Below, one piece after another: positions 36,976 through 49,662 of a stretch of 64,000 bases of DNA. Under the pieces are notes generated by a model, which was not told the DNA's origin, did not search any database, and worked only from the letters and a program-made list of their open reading frames with translations. Location of the stretch: assembly GCA_030390025.1 (NCBI GenBank), contig CM059446.1:54560001-54624000 (forward strand), given 5' to 3'. This DNA comes from Squalus acanthias (lineage: Eukaryota). Both the position numbers and the translations under genes were made by a program. How positions within the stretch are numbered: the stretch's first letter is position 1; every line of letters starts with the position of its first letter.

Positions 36976-38676
36976 TAGGAGAGAAAGTGAGAAGTAGTGA
37001 CTGGGTGATGCCAAAACTTGGGTTTTAGAAAACTGCAGATTGTAGGAGGAAGGGAAGGCCGAGTGAAGTAAGGAGATTGAATTTTTGAGATCCTGGAAAA
37101 GAACGACTTGGAGCAGGAGATGTTGCAGTGAGTTTCAATTCCAACACACTGGCAATGCATGGAGGAAGATGAGGGCATATTGGAGCTCAGAAGGAATAAA
37201 AGGACGAAGTTCGGAGGAGTAATGATCGTGTGTTTTTAAAACAAAAAGAAAGGTTATGATCGGGAAAAACAAAAGAAGGATCACATCTCAAACACCTCTA
37301 AGCGCTTTGCATATAATTCATTTCGTTGAAGTGCCGTCACTGTTATGTAGGTCGATGTGGCAGTCACTTTATGCACAGCAAGATTGCACAAATGACCAAC
37401 TGGCCTGTTTTTGTTGTGTTAGTTGAGCGGATTATTGGCCACGGTAAGAACGTTGGCCAAGAAGACATAATTGGAAGCTAGTAACCAGAGAAGGATCAAC
37501 TCTTGTGCAACACTTTTGATTTGACACTAGCTTCAATTTGATTTGCACCATCCTTATTTGTATTCAGCATATAGTGCATGATTCATTGCGTGTACTGCCT
37601 GATACGAAAGGGAGTAGAGTTAGATACAAGGGTGCTTAGTAATGTAATTTGAAATGAAAAAGGCAAGGCCTGGGATGTCTGTGGAGAGTGTCTTTTAAAC
37701 TGGTCATTCTGTATCCTACTTGACTCCCGGACAGACCCACCTCTTGTGTGTCAGAGCATGTTCTTCAAGTAACTGTTGCTCAAGTAAGAACAAAATGATT
37801 GGTTGCTGGGTTCAACCTGGTCAGCCCATGAGCGGAGAGTTGATTGTTTTTTGACGAACAATAGAAGCATCAGTCATCAGCCCAATATTTCTTCACAAAG
37901 TACATTATTTCTGAGTAATTTCTGGGCGTTTTCAAGTAAAAGGCAATGTTTGCTGTTATTTGCACCAGTTTTGTCCCTGTCAAGCAGAGATTGAGTTTTA
38001 TTTTAGGCAGAGTGTGTCACGCTGCTTGAACCTTAAATAATCGGGCCTTTGTTGTTGAAAGAAATTTCTGGTCCAGTTTGATGTTCTAACCTGAGGCAGA
38101 GCTGCTTCCCCAGAAGACTTTGGGTGAGTTTTCTGTTGCTTTTTCTGGGCAAATCATTGAAGTGTTGTTAAAACCCTGCCAGATGGGGAATTGCACCAGA
38201 GTGGAAAATTCACTGCATACAGGGCTGCTGCGATTAAAATCTCCTGCCGATTTATTTTCCGTTTACGAATGCAACTGCTCGCTGCTTCTACATCCAAGAT
38301 CTTTTTGAAAAATAATTCCATTTTTGTTTGGTTCGCTAGAAGCTGACCTGCCGTGTGCTCCAGTATTTATTTCATTCCTCACAATTTTTTTTTCCTTCTT
38401 TGATTACAAAGAACCCTAAAAGTTGAAAAGAATATTTCTGTGTACGCTGAGGCAGAAGATATTCAGTTAGAGTGTACGCTACAAATTTGATTTGCATATG
38501 AAAATTTAGTTCAGCGATTCTCAAAGGCAGATACCTTTTGTTGCTACATTTTGCCGTGCAGTGACCCCTCACTTGCAAGCCCTGGACAACTGGAGGAGAG
38601 AATTGCACCTACACACAGCAGATATAGAACCAGCTGTCTGCTGAACAAAGCCAGGGTACAACAAATTAGTTCATAC

Positions 38677-39128
38677 AAGAAAGAAAGAAAGGCTTGCATT
38701 TCTGTAACGTCATTCACGAGCTGAGGACATCTCAAAGTGCTTTACAGCCAACTTCTGAAGTGTAGTCTCTGTTGTAATGTAGGAAACACAGCAATTTGTG
38801 CACAGCAAACTCCCACAAACAGCGATGTGATAATGGCCTGGTAATCTATTGGTTGAGGAATAAATATTGACCAGGACACCAGGGATAACACACCAGCTCC
38901 TCTTCAAAATAGTGCCATGGGACCTTTTACGTCCGCCCGAGAGGGCAGACGGGGCCTCGGTTTAACGTCTCATCCGAATGACGGCACCTCCGACAGTGCA
39001 GCACTCCCTCAGCACTGCACTGGGAGTGTCAGCTGGATTTTGTGCTCAAGTCAAGTCGAGTGGGACTTGAACCCACGACCTTTTTGACTCGGAGGCGAGA
39101 TTGCTTCCAACTGAGCCATGGCTGACAC
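38677..39128 (-). mobile_element. SacSINE1-like SINE
   Basis: Reverse-complement match including head and tail. Confidence 0.85.
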
Positions 39129-41041
39129 CATTACTGGATGCATTGAGCAGTTTAGAAGGGTAAGACTGCAGGTCCACCGAGGCAAAGGCTTTGCTCCACA
39201 AAGTAGAACCTGGTGCAGAAACCTCTTTACCCCATCCCCTCCCCAAAAACTCTCAGCATTTCATTTTGCGAGCTTGTGCTATTGGAACTCGTACTTTTTT
39301 GAGGAAAAAAAGACTCCAGAGAGTAGAACAATGGATGTCCTTGGTCAGTCAAATGTTACTGCCGAAAACTCATATGCAAGGAGGAAAATGGAAACAGTTG
39401 AACATACTGTGGTTGCTCCAACAACTTCTTTGTCACAAAGGCACCCAAAAGCTATGTTTAAAAGCCTCGGCCCTAAGCTCTGGAATTCCCTCCCTAAACC
39501 TCTCTATGTTAAAGGCGCTGTATAAATGCAAGTCGTTGTTGTTAACCACAGTCTTCACTTATTCACTGAAGAAAACTTCAAACTGACCGAGTACGATCAC
39601 TGAATGATGGGGATTTATCCTTTTTGTTGCTGGTCTGAGACCCAGGTCCCTTCTGCCTGTGCGGGTGGACACGAAAAAGTCCACAACACTTGACAAAGAA
39701 GAGCAGGGGGATTCTCCTGGTGTCCTGCCAAACTCTCCCTTTAAAAACGGATTAACTGGTCATCCGTTGCTCTTGGCCAAACGGTGCAGAATGGCTGTCG
39801 CATTTAACTGCGTAACACACACTGCATTTCAAAAGTAATTCATTAAGGGAAGCTTTGAGATGTTTCTGAGCGAGGCACTATATAAAAGCAAGTCTTTCAT
39901 TCAGGCAGGAGCAGGATTAACAAGTGATTCAGCCATCTTGCAGTCAAAATTCGTTCTGAGGGAATTAACCCACTGGCTTTGCTGTGCAATTCTACAAACT
40001 AAGGCAGGTTGAAAAACAGTGTTTAAAAAAAAAAAAAAAAAACCCTGCATGCTTCAGCACGCTTGTCTGCATGTGTAGTGGTTTCAGTGCTCCTTGCGCT
40101 GGGTAAGGGAAAGATCAGTCCGGCTTCCTATTCCTTGTCCCTAACATTACAACACATTACAATAGTGACTACACTCCAAAAAGTACTTAATTGGCTGTAA
40201 AGCGCTTTGAGACGTCCGGTGGTCGTGTGAAAGGCGCTATATAAATGCAAGTCTGTCTTTTTTCTTTTAACCAGTGGCCCCTGATGAGAAATGTACCGTC
40301 GGGGTCAGGCCTAGCTGTAATACTTCTCAAGGTCGAAGAGAGCCCTCTTAGATACAGGAGAGACTCCAGGAAGCCATATCTAACCAGCAGCAGTCAGCTC
40401 CTTCAGAAGAGAGGGGGAGAAAATCTGGGTGGGAAGGAAATGAGCAAGCTCGAAAGAACTGGCACTTTTTAATGATTAAAACAAATGGAGAAATGAGAAC
40501 ATGAAAGCATTGAACAACAAAAAGGCCCTTCGGCCCAAGCTGATTCCTTCCACGGACAATGGATATCCACATTATCAGAACCCACCCCAACTAATTTGAT
40601 GATCTCCTGTGGACTTAAAGGCTCGTTCGGCAAATCTTCAGAATATCTGTAACCTGGCACTCGAAATAATACATCCTTGGCTGGTTATCTTCATTGGTGT
40701 GACCAGTCCCATCAAAGCTACAGTTAGAGGCAGTAGTGAACTCGGCAGCTCAGCAACAGTTGGGTTCCAACTTGTGCATAATTATATAATACACACACTT
40801 CAATTAACCATGAAAATTGCTTGACTTTGAACCTGATTTCAAACTACCACTAATCAGCCTCCTTAATGTTTAAGCTGCAAATTGTTTTGATTTAAGCTAC
40901 TGTTGAGCTTTGTTTCCCAGGCAGCTAACTTTACAATCCAGCCTCATGATTGGAGGTTTAAGATGTTGTTGCTTGAGTGTTTAGAGACATGAAATTAAAA
41001 TCTCTAATGAGTTCACGATTGCCTCCTTCAACTATAGCTTT

Positions 41042-41440
41042 AATGAGAGGGGATCTCATTGAAACTTATAAAATTCTGACAGGTTTGGACAAACTAGATG
41101 CAGGAAGGATATTCCCGATGGTTGGGGAGTCCAGAACCAGGGGTCACAGTCTGAGGATAAGGGGTAAGCCATTTAGGACAGAAATGAGGAGGAATTTCTT
41201 CACCCAGAGAGTGGTGAACCTGTGGAATTCTCTGCCACAGAAGGCAGTAGAGGCCAATTCATTAAATATATTCAAGAAGGAGTTGGATATATTTCTTAAG
41301 GCTAAAGGGATCAAGGGATATGGGGAGAAAGCAGGGACAGGGTACTGAATTTGGTTGATTAGCCATGATCGCATTGAATGGCGGAGCAGGCTAGAGGGGC
41401 CGAATGGCCTCCTCCTGCTCCTATCTTCTATGATTCTATA
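41042..41440 (+). mobile_element. CR1 LINE 3' fragment
   Basis: MRGDLIETYKIL…RVVNLWNSLPQKAVEA. Confidence 0.9.
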
Positions 41441-41488
41441 ATGGAGACGCTTGCTCTTTCTCGCTATCTCACACCTTCTCTCTTTTTC

Positions 41489-41492
<4 letters not shown>

Positions 41493-41531
<39 letters not shown>
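41493..41531. repeat. (CT)n microsatellite
   Basis: Directly visible. Confidence 0.95.
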
Positions 41532-41533
<2 letters not shown>

Positions 41534-41539
41534 AGATGT

Positions 41540-41880
41540 TATTCCCTCCCAATTTTCTGCTCTACCTGAGTCACTGACTCTTGCCGAGGTTTGGTCTCTC
41601 GGGCATCGGCAGCTCTCTGATACCTTGCCCAAGTGGCCATTCTTTGTGCGTGAGCCTAGACCGGGCGTGTTGGGCTGTTTGACTGTGGCGGGGAGGGCCT
41701 CATAGTCAAGGTAGACACTTGACACTCTCCCAACACACACCCAGCAGGGCTCAATGTGCATCGATCTGGAGCAGGAACTCTGGCCCATTTTTTTTCATTT
41801 TTCCCCCCCCCCCACTCTGCCCAGCACAAAAAGCACTGAGGCCAACAGTAGCAACGAGCAGTGTCCGAGCCTGCAATGCA
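41540..41880 (-). mobile_element. LF-SINE-like element (other - copies near 120-510, 540-830, 5100-5290, 18330-18630, 42650-42930, 62940-63185)
   Basis: taccttgcccaagtggccattc motif, the reverse complement of the LF-SINE gaatggccacttggg.gaggtac block. Confidence 0.7.
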
Positions 41881-43342
41881 CGGCTCATTATTGCACCGTG
41901 TGTCTTTATGTACAAGGTCTTCGTGGGAACTGGCAATCCTTTAAGGAACCGTTATGGGTTGCAATCCAGCTGGCGTGGGCCTGTTTGCAAATTAACTGTT
42001 CTTTTCCCAGCGGACTCCATTACTCGCTGTTCAACTCATTTCTAATTGAGAAGCATCTGGGAGCAATAAGCTTCTGACGTAAGCACTGCTTCAGCTGGTC
42101 TGATATTGAATCAGGGCAGTTATTAAGGGACCGACGTGGTTGGAATATGGAGCAAGACTTTCGCCAAGTCCTTTCAGCTGTACTGGCCCGTGAATAATTG
42201 CTGTGGTACCACTCCGACAGGAAGCTGGAGATGCAGTTGTGTTTTCTTTCTTCTCCCTTTTTTAAATTAGTAATGACCAACGATGCTTTGCGTAAGCCGA
42301 GTGGGATCTGTAGTTTCTAATGGCCTTTCGTTGAAGCACCATAAGTTGCATTTTGACTGCTTCAGGTGGTTTTAAGAGTTGCATGTATTTTTCTTTCCTT
42401 CGCATTTTATCGCTGTAAGCCAGGAAAAAAAAGCCATGTGTGTTAGATGGAGGGAGGGACAGAGGTAGAAAGCGCTGGTTCTAAGAACGTTATTGGGCAT
42501 CATATGCCACAGCAAGGCACTCATTTCCTGGCCTCGCACACTTCCTGAAGGAAAAGCTGTTCTCCAGAGACTTTCTTGGTGCGTATGATTGCTGTTAATT
42601 GGTTCTGTTTGTGTGTAACACCTGTTGGGTAATGTGGCTGATCTTCTTTCTCCGCCCCCGCCCCCCTCCTGAAGGCTGTAACTGGGGTCAAGTTTCACCG
42701 GCTCCCCCAACCCTGTAATACCTCACCCATGTCATCCATCATGTGTAGGCCTGGACAGTAAGTCTTGGGTAATTCTAGTGGAGGGTGTCAAGCCACGCCT
42801 GATCCTGTTCTCGCCCAGTGTCCATACATGCGCACTTTCCATAAGGGGTGTTGTGGCGAGAAGCGGGAACCCTGGCTGTTGTTTTTTCTCTTGCCCCACC
42901 CCATCCCTCTAGCCCAAGGGTACAGAAACCAATTTTTAACATGCCCAAAAATGCTGCTGTTTCACAAGTTAAATGAGATACAACAAACTTGTTTCAAAGG
43001 TGTCTTCGACTATCTGTCTCTACAAATTTCAACCAACTTTCTTTAGTGTCCTCCACTTATCAAGCACTTAGTTTTCTTTCAGTGTCGTGTTGGCTTTGGC
43101 CAGTATAACAGCGATGCTGGACAGGAACTGTGTATTTGCAACGTCATTTAAATATGGCATACAGAGCTGGAAAGAAGGTACAAAGAAGGCAATGTGAATG
43201 CCGTTTTATTCTCTTCATTTGGATTATTACCAAGCTTCACAAATTATATCACTGCCACCTCCTCAAGTTTCCTTTCCAAACATGGATGTTATGAAGAACG
43301 TGCCTGTAAATTTTCTACTCTTGACTATTGAACAATTAACAC

Positions 43343-43910
43343 CATGGTTAGACCACACTTGGAGTACTGCGTACAATTCTGGTCGCCATATTATAAAAAG
43401 GATATAGAGGCACTGGAGAGGGTGCAAAACAGATTTACAAGGATGATACCAGAAATGCGAGGGTATACCTCTCAGGAAAGGATGAACAGGCTGGGTCTCT
43501 TTTCTCTTGAAAAGAGAATGCTGAGGGGTGACCTAATATAGGTCTTTAAAATCATGAAAGGTTTTGATCGAGTGGGTGCAGAGAGAGTGTTTCCACTTGT
43601 GAGGAAGAGCAAAACTCGAGGCCATCAATATAAAATAGTCACCAAGAAATCCAATAGGGAATTCAGAAGAAACTTCTTACCCAGAGAGTGGTGAGAATGT
43701 GGAACTCGCTACCACAGGGAGTGGTTAAAGCGAATAGTATAGATGCATTTAAGGGGAGGCTAGACAAGCATATGAGTGAGAAGGGAATAGAGGGTTATGC
43801 TGATAGATTTAGATGAGGAAAGACGGGAGGAGGCTCGAGAGGAGCATAAACACCGATATGGACTGGTTGGGCCGAATGGCCTGTTTCTGTGCCGTATATC
43901 CTATGTAACT
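43343..43910 (+). mobile_element. CR1 LINE 3' fragment
   Basis: VRPHLEYCVQFWSPYYKKD; same subfamily as 55890-57030. Confidence 0.9.
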
Positions 43911-43954
43911 TAAATTATGGATTCCCTGCCGATTTGAGGAGACTGCCTGCTCTA

Positions 43955-44165
43955 CTCCTAAGCCGCGCAGACCAGAAGGCCCTAGGTTCGATTCCCAGTC
44001 TGTGCTGAGTTAGCTGATTTTAGCTAGGCAGCAATCGGGACGCGACAATTGGTCTCCGCATCCAGGGCAGCGAAAAGGGGAAAACCGGCTACGGTTCTCG
44101 CTCCTGATCACCATCGAGAAACCCCTGCTGCAAAATGTGCTTGTGTGGACTTGACATGAAGATAG
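43955..44165 (+). mobile_element. LF-SINE-like element (other + copies near 40070-40340, 48230-48340, 61230-61570)
   Basis: ggttcgattcccagtctgtgctgagttagctgat…ctcctgatcac…acccctgctg matches the remembered LF-SINE consensus. Confidence 0.7.
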
Positions 44166-45489
44166 TAATGCTTCCCAACACCTAAAAGCCTGCTGTTTGA
44201 AGCTTCACTCTTAGTGAATGGATACCTGGCCAAGACTCGGGAAGGTTGCCAGAACCCATGGGACCAAGCCTGGGCAACAGTTGGGAGAAAGGAAGAGGAA
44301 ATTTAGGAAAATGGGATGGAAAAATCAGATTATTGTAGTCATAAATTAGAAGATGGAGTGGCAATAGCACCCAGCATTTACCATATGTTTCCTGCTGTCT
44401 TGGATATGTCCTTGTACAGGTCCAGCTTGTCAATTTGTCATATTCTCAAGCGTCTTGCAGCTTAAGCTACTCTAGGTCATGTTGTAGAAGTGCTTTACTT
44501 CAAAGACATTTCTCCCTGTTGGCAACAAATCTTTTTGAGAAGAGAAGAAAGTGTGTGACCTTGGGTTAGCTGGAAACTGATAAATTAGCCTTTAATCACA
44601 TGTAGATTCCTCTGTCGGCTGGTGGTATTGTGATGTTGACCAGTAATTGGTCTCGAACTTGTCTTGAACCTGTATTGTGTTTCAACAACTGGAATTTTAC
44701 CTCGTCAACAAAGAGACTAGAATTTAAGAGAAGGGTTTATGGTGCAGTGTTTGGGTGTATAATCGACGCAAAAGTGGCAGTATAACTTGGGTGACTAAAT
44801 CCAAGTCACCTGGTCTCGTACACTCGGCACTAACTCAAACTGGTAACATAACTCCAGCCAAACATTGGTTGAGCGTGTAGTGCGGGATGTATAATAAACA
44901 TAAGTGAAGGATCAGATAATAAAGTCCTCCTGTCTCCCTGTTCCAGTAGTTTTGGTTTAATGAAAAATCCCATGGCTCTATTTGAACAACAGCCACTTCT
45001 CCTGGTATCCTGACCGACATTTGCCCCTTGTCCAGTGCCTCCAAAATCGGTTGACTTATCATTCATCCGATTGAGGCTTATGGGATGTTGCTCTGTGCAA
45101 GAAGGCCGCCCCATTTGCCTACTTAACAGCTACTATGCTTCAAAGTAATTAATTATGCAAAGTGCTTTGAGATGTTTTGAAAGGTATAACAAGGGAGGCA
45201 ATGTTGTACCATGTGAGATTATAAAAGGAAAATGTACAGTTGAAGTTATTAAAGTCACTTGCTCACTGTCCGTGGTGTAACTGCCATGAGGTCACTTTCT
45301 GCTGGACTACAGCGACCATAATTTGAACAAGTGTCACACCATCACAAACCTTGGTTCATCCAGTTTTTAGTTAATTTGAACACATTTTCTGTTTCTAGTT
45401 TTGAATATTATTCTTCCTATATTATATTCAAATACTTTGTTCAGTCTCACGGAGTTGAAATCTTCAACAACACAACAGACATAACTCTT

Positions 45490-46380
45490 GGGCCTCAGCT
45501 GGAATATTGTGTCCAATTCTGGGCACCACACTTTAGGAAGGATGTCAAGCCTTCGAGAGGACGGCCGAGGCGATTTACTGGAATGGTAGCAGGGATGAGG
45601 GACTTCAGTTATGTGGAGAGACTAGAGAAGCTGGGTTTGCTCTCCTTAGAGCAGAGAAGGTTAAGGGGAGACTTAATAAAGGTGCTCAAAATTATGAAGG
45701 TAATTTGATCGAGTAAATGGGGAGAAATTGTTTCCACTGGCAGAAGGGTCGGTAACCAGAGGGCACAGATTTAAGATAATTGGCAAAAGAACCAGAGGGG
45801 AGATGAGGGAAAAAAATCATTACAACATTACCACATTACTACACTTCCAAAAAGTACTTAATTGGCTGTAAAGCGCTTTGAGACGTCCGGTGGTCGTGAA
45901 AGGCGCTGTATAAATGCAAGTCTTTCTATCTGAAAGGGCGGTGGAAGCAGATTCAATAGTAACTTTCAAAAGGGGAATTGGATAAATACTTGAAAAGGAA
46001 ACATTTACAGGGCTACGGGGAAAGAGAGGGGACTTTCAAAGAGCTGGCACAGGCACGATGGGCCGAATGGCCTCCCTTTGTGCTGTATGGAAACATAGAC
46101 ATAGAAACATAGAAAAATAGGAGCAGGAGTAGGCCATTCGGCCCTTCGAGCCTGCTCCGCCATTCAGTATGATCATGGCTGATCCTCTATCTCAATACCA
46201 TATTCCCACTCTCTCCCCCTACCCCTTGATGCCTTTTGTGTCCTAGAAATCTATCTATCTATCTATCTCCTTCTTAAATATATTCAGTGACTTGGCCTCC
46301 ACAGCCTTCTGTGGTAGGGAATTCCACAGGTTCACCACCCTCTGCGTGAAGAAATTTCTGCTCATCTCAGTCCTAAATCC
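45490..46380. mobile_element. Two CR1 3' fragments tail to tail (+ 45490-46090, - 46090-46380) with a SINE tail inserted at about 45818-45928
   Basis: PQLEYCVQFWAPHFRKD motif and CR1 tails in both orientations. Confidence 0.82.
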
Positions 46381-46667
46381 GATGAGCTAGCAACAAAAAA
46401 GAAAGGCTGCTTCGGTGAGACTGAAATTCCCTGGAGCTGTTGGCATTGTAAGGGTTAAGATATAATGTTTGTAGCTCATTTCAGCACAAACCAAATACTG
46501 CAACTAATTATACAAACAACTAAACAGATGTTTAGATTCTAGTACCGAGAGCCCTCATAAATTAACCTATAAAACACAGACTGTGCCTTCTGCTGAATAA
46601 CTACCTGCAGATTTTCTACCCTTTTAAAAGTATGCCTGCCTTATCTGCTAGCACTGCCAGTTGTAGG

Positions 46668-46830
46668 ACCATGCTGTACCTGACCTAGGAGTGATTGATG
46701 GGGGCAGTGTGGAAGGAGCGTTAGCTTTCCCTTTAACCCGTGCCGGACCTGGATGCTTGTTGAGGCTGTGCAGCAGGAGCTTTACTCTCCATTTAAACTG
46801 AACTATACCTAACCTGGGGAGTGTTTGCTG
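46668..46830. repeat. Degenerate tandem repeat of about 65 bp, 2-3 units
   Basis: Recurrent tgctgtacctgacctaggagtg…ggagctttactc pattern, resembling a satellite unit remembered from shark genomes. Confidence 0.45.
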
Positions 46831-47132
46831 CTAGGAGCCCGAAATAGAAAATGTTCTATTCCCTGGCACTCACCCCTCGCCCTGCCGAACACACAATTCA
46901 CAGCAAAAAAAACAGGTTTTTAAAAAAAAAAACCCAGATCTGTCCAATTTCCCATGTATGCTACCAGGGGAGGGAGCACATTAACCTTATACTGTAATCG
47001 TGTATAGTGGCCACTGGGTAAAGCATCTTGGAATATGCAATCTGCCACTTCAGCTTAGGAGGTGTTCACGGTGTAGTGTAGTGACAAGTGAATTATAAAA
47101 GTCATTGTCAGGAATAGAAACGAGTTGCTTTC

Positions 47133-47682
47133 CCAGTCTCTCCACATTCCACCCTCCGTAAACTTGAGGTTATCCAAAACTCGGCTGCCTGTGTCCTAAC
47201 TCGCACCAAGTCCCGTTCGCCCATCTCCCCTGTGCTCGCTGATCTACATTGGTTCCCGGTTAAGCAACGCCTCGATTTCAAAATTCTCATCCTTGTTTTC
47301 AAATCCCTCCATGGCCTCGCCCCCTCCCTATCTCTGTAATCTCCTCCAGCCCCACAACTCCCTGAGATATCTGCGCTCCTCGAATTCTGCCCTCTTGAGG
47401 ATCCCTGATTATAATCGCTCCACCATTGGTGGCCGTGCCTTCTGTTGCCTGAGCCCTAAGCTCTGGAATTCCCTGCCTAAACCTCTCCACCTCTCTACAC
47501 CTCTCTCCTCCTTTAAGATGCTCCTTAAAACCGACCTCTTTGACCAAGCTTTTGGTCACCTGCCCTAATTTATCCTTATGTGGCTCGGTGTCAAATTTTT
47601 TGTCTTAAAATACTCCTGTGCAGCATCTTGGGACATTTTACTACATTAAAGGCGCTATATAAAGACTTGTTGTTGTTGTTGT
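47133..47682 (+). mobile_element. L2 LINE 3' fragment
   Basis: LHW.PVKQRLDFKIL…GGRAF…PKLWNSLP…LKT.LF and (TTG)n tail. Confidence 0.85.
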
Positions 47683-48009
47683 AGTTGTCTCTGTTCACTA
47701 ACAAAGCTTGAAGTGAGAGATTTTAGATACTGGTTTTACCAACATGAAAAAACAAAGGACAGAAAAGGAGCAGATGGTTCATCATACCTGTTCTATAAAG
47801 TGACTTCTAGGCCAATGTAGGAAAAGATTCTCGGAAATTCCTCTCGGAGCCTTGAAGGCGATTAAACGATATCCAGGAGACCTCAGTGCCTGGGAGACAC
47901 ATTCCCCAATACCCACCTACCCTCTGTGTGCAATTATGTTGGCCACGAACACCACTGTCCCTTTCATAAGATTTTCTTTTTTGTCAGAATGTACCAGCAG
48001 GTTTTTCTT

Positions 48010-48232
48010 TCTGTCGCTCTCTCTCTCTCTGTCGCTCGCTCGCGCTCTCTCTCTCTGTCGCTCGCTCTCTCTCGCTCTCTCTGTCGCTCGCTCTCTCTCT
48101 CTCTCTGTCGCTCGCTCTCGCTCGCTCTCTCTCTGTCGCTCGCTCGCTCTCTCTCTGTCGCTCGCTCGCTCTCTCTCTCTCTGTCACTCGCTCGCTCTCT
48201 GTCGCTCGCTCTCCTGTGTGTGTGTGTGTGTC
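48010..48232. repeat. Compound (CT)n/(CTCG)n and (TG)n microsatellite
   Basis: Directly visible. Confidence 0.95.
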
Positions 48233-48679
48233 TGGTTAAGCTAGTGAGTAGTGGAGCCACACTGATCAGGTAGTTTCAGTCCTCTGCCTGTGCTGAGTTG
48301 GCTGATTTCAGCTGGGCTGGCAGTAGGGGCGCTACGACAGGAGTTCGGAATACTCAGCTCGGGAGTTGAAAAAACAACCATCATTTCTGCTGCTGATTCT
48401 ATTTGGACTGCTGCTCGAAAGAGAGTGCAAGAGCAGAATTGGACTCGGCTGTCGTGGAATCGACTGCTCATGTTCCCTGTAAAAAGTGACTAAGTACCAA
48501 ATAAATCGGTGCATTTAGGAGACAAGGGAGGGGCAAATTGGCAGCAAACAAAAAGTAATAACTTGGCTTGGGTTTTATTGTTTTGGAAAAAGTAGTGCGG
48601 CTCCTCTGGAAATGAGATGTGCCTTCGATGGAACTGGGGGCAGCAAGTTTGGAAGAAAAGAGGCTCATTTGGCTGAGGC

Positions 48680-48800
48680 TGAGGTTGAGTCAGAGAGCCC
48701 TGGTACTGCAGCCAATGAAATTTAAGGCCTGTTTAATCATGTGGGGAGGGGCGGCTCTATATATGAAAAGAAGCCCGCGACCATTTTAAAGGCCCGCGGC
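48680..48800 (+). promoter_or_regulatory. Candidate Pol II promoter or enhancer cassette
   Basis: Ordered motifs in unique sequence: AP-1 TGAGTCA (48686), CCAAT (48712), GC box GGGGAGGGGCGG (about 48743-48754), TATATATGAAAAG (48758), then YY1-like GACCATTTT. Confidence 0.45.
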
Positions 48801-49255
48801 TTATGTGAAGTTAATGGAGCAACCGCAGGTCGTCCGGTGTGATTAGGGGAGCCATTACATAAATTAAATACAGGTGTAGCAGACAGGAGTGATGACCTAA
48901 GTCTTAACATGTGTCGGAAAAGAGTATGGAGTTATTGGAAAAAGATCTTCCTTGTTTATCTACAAAATGTTACAGTTCAGCAAGATACTGAACTTCTGCC
49001 ATTTTAGCATTCTTAAATTAGTGACATTTTCTTTTAAAAAAAATAAAGAAATTCTTCATCCACTTTTGCACTGGCCGTGTGTCTGTGGATTTTACATGGA
49101 CTAATGCAGTAGTTGCGAGTGACTTGGGTTAATGTTGTCAGGTCTCAGTGTTTCATGTACAATGAATTACCTTAAAGTATAAAAGGCGATATTCCGCCTC
49201 AGTACTCCCTGTGGGTTCTCTGAGCTCACGTTGGGTATTTGTTACTATTGCCGCT

Positions 49256-49406
49256 CAATGTTCGCTCTGTTCTGCGCGGCCTGTTTCTTTTAATGCGCGG
49301 TCCCTTTAAATTTCTGCGCACGCGCGCTATTTACCGTGTAATAGTCGGTGAGCGGCCTGCGCGGGACCTTGCCGATTACTGCGCGGCCTCCTTCGCAGGA
49401 ACATTG
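49256..49406. mobile_element. Small CpG-rich MITE, possibly hAT-type
   Basis: CAATGTTC…GAACATTG termini and internal tgcgcgg repeats; no clean 8-bp TSD. Confidence 0.5.
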
Positions 49407-49662
49407 CCGCCACTGCACTCCTGTCCTCTGCAGATTGCCCATTTCCTTCCGCCTTACCAACTCCCTCCCTATCTGAAAAGCCCTCCTCTTCGATCGTTTC
49501 AGTTTCCCTCCTAGCCTCTCCATTCCCCTCCCTTTTTTCCCCACGCTTGTTGTCCGCCACATCCATTTCCTCATTATAAAAAAAAATCTCTGAGCTGTCT
49601 TCCTGCATGAGGCGCTCTATGTAAATGCAAGTGGTTGTTGTAGCAATCTAAATATATTCAGT

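Noticed and set aside
38007-38123. AG…gtgagt bounded candidate exon
   Set aside because: Stop codons in all three frames; could only be non-coding and has no support
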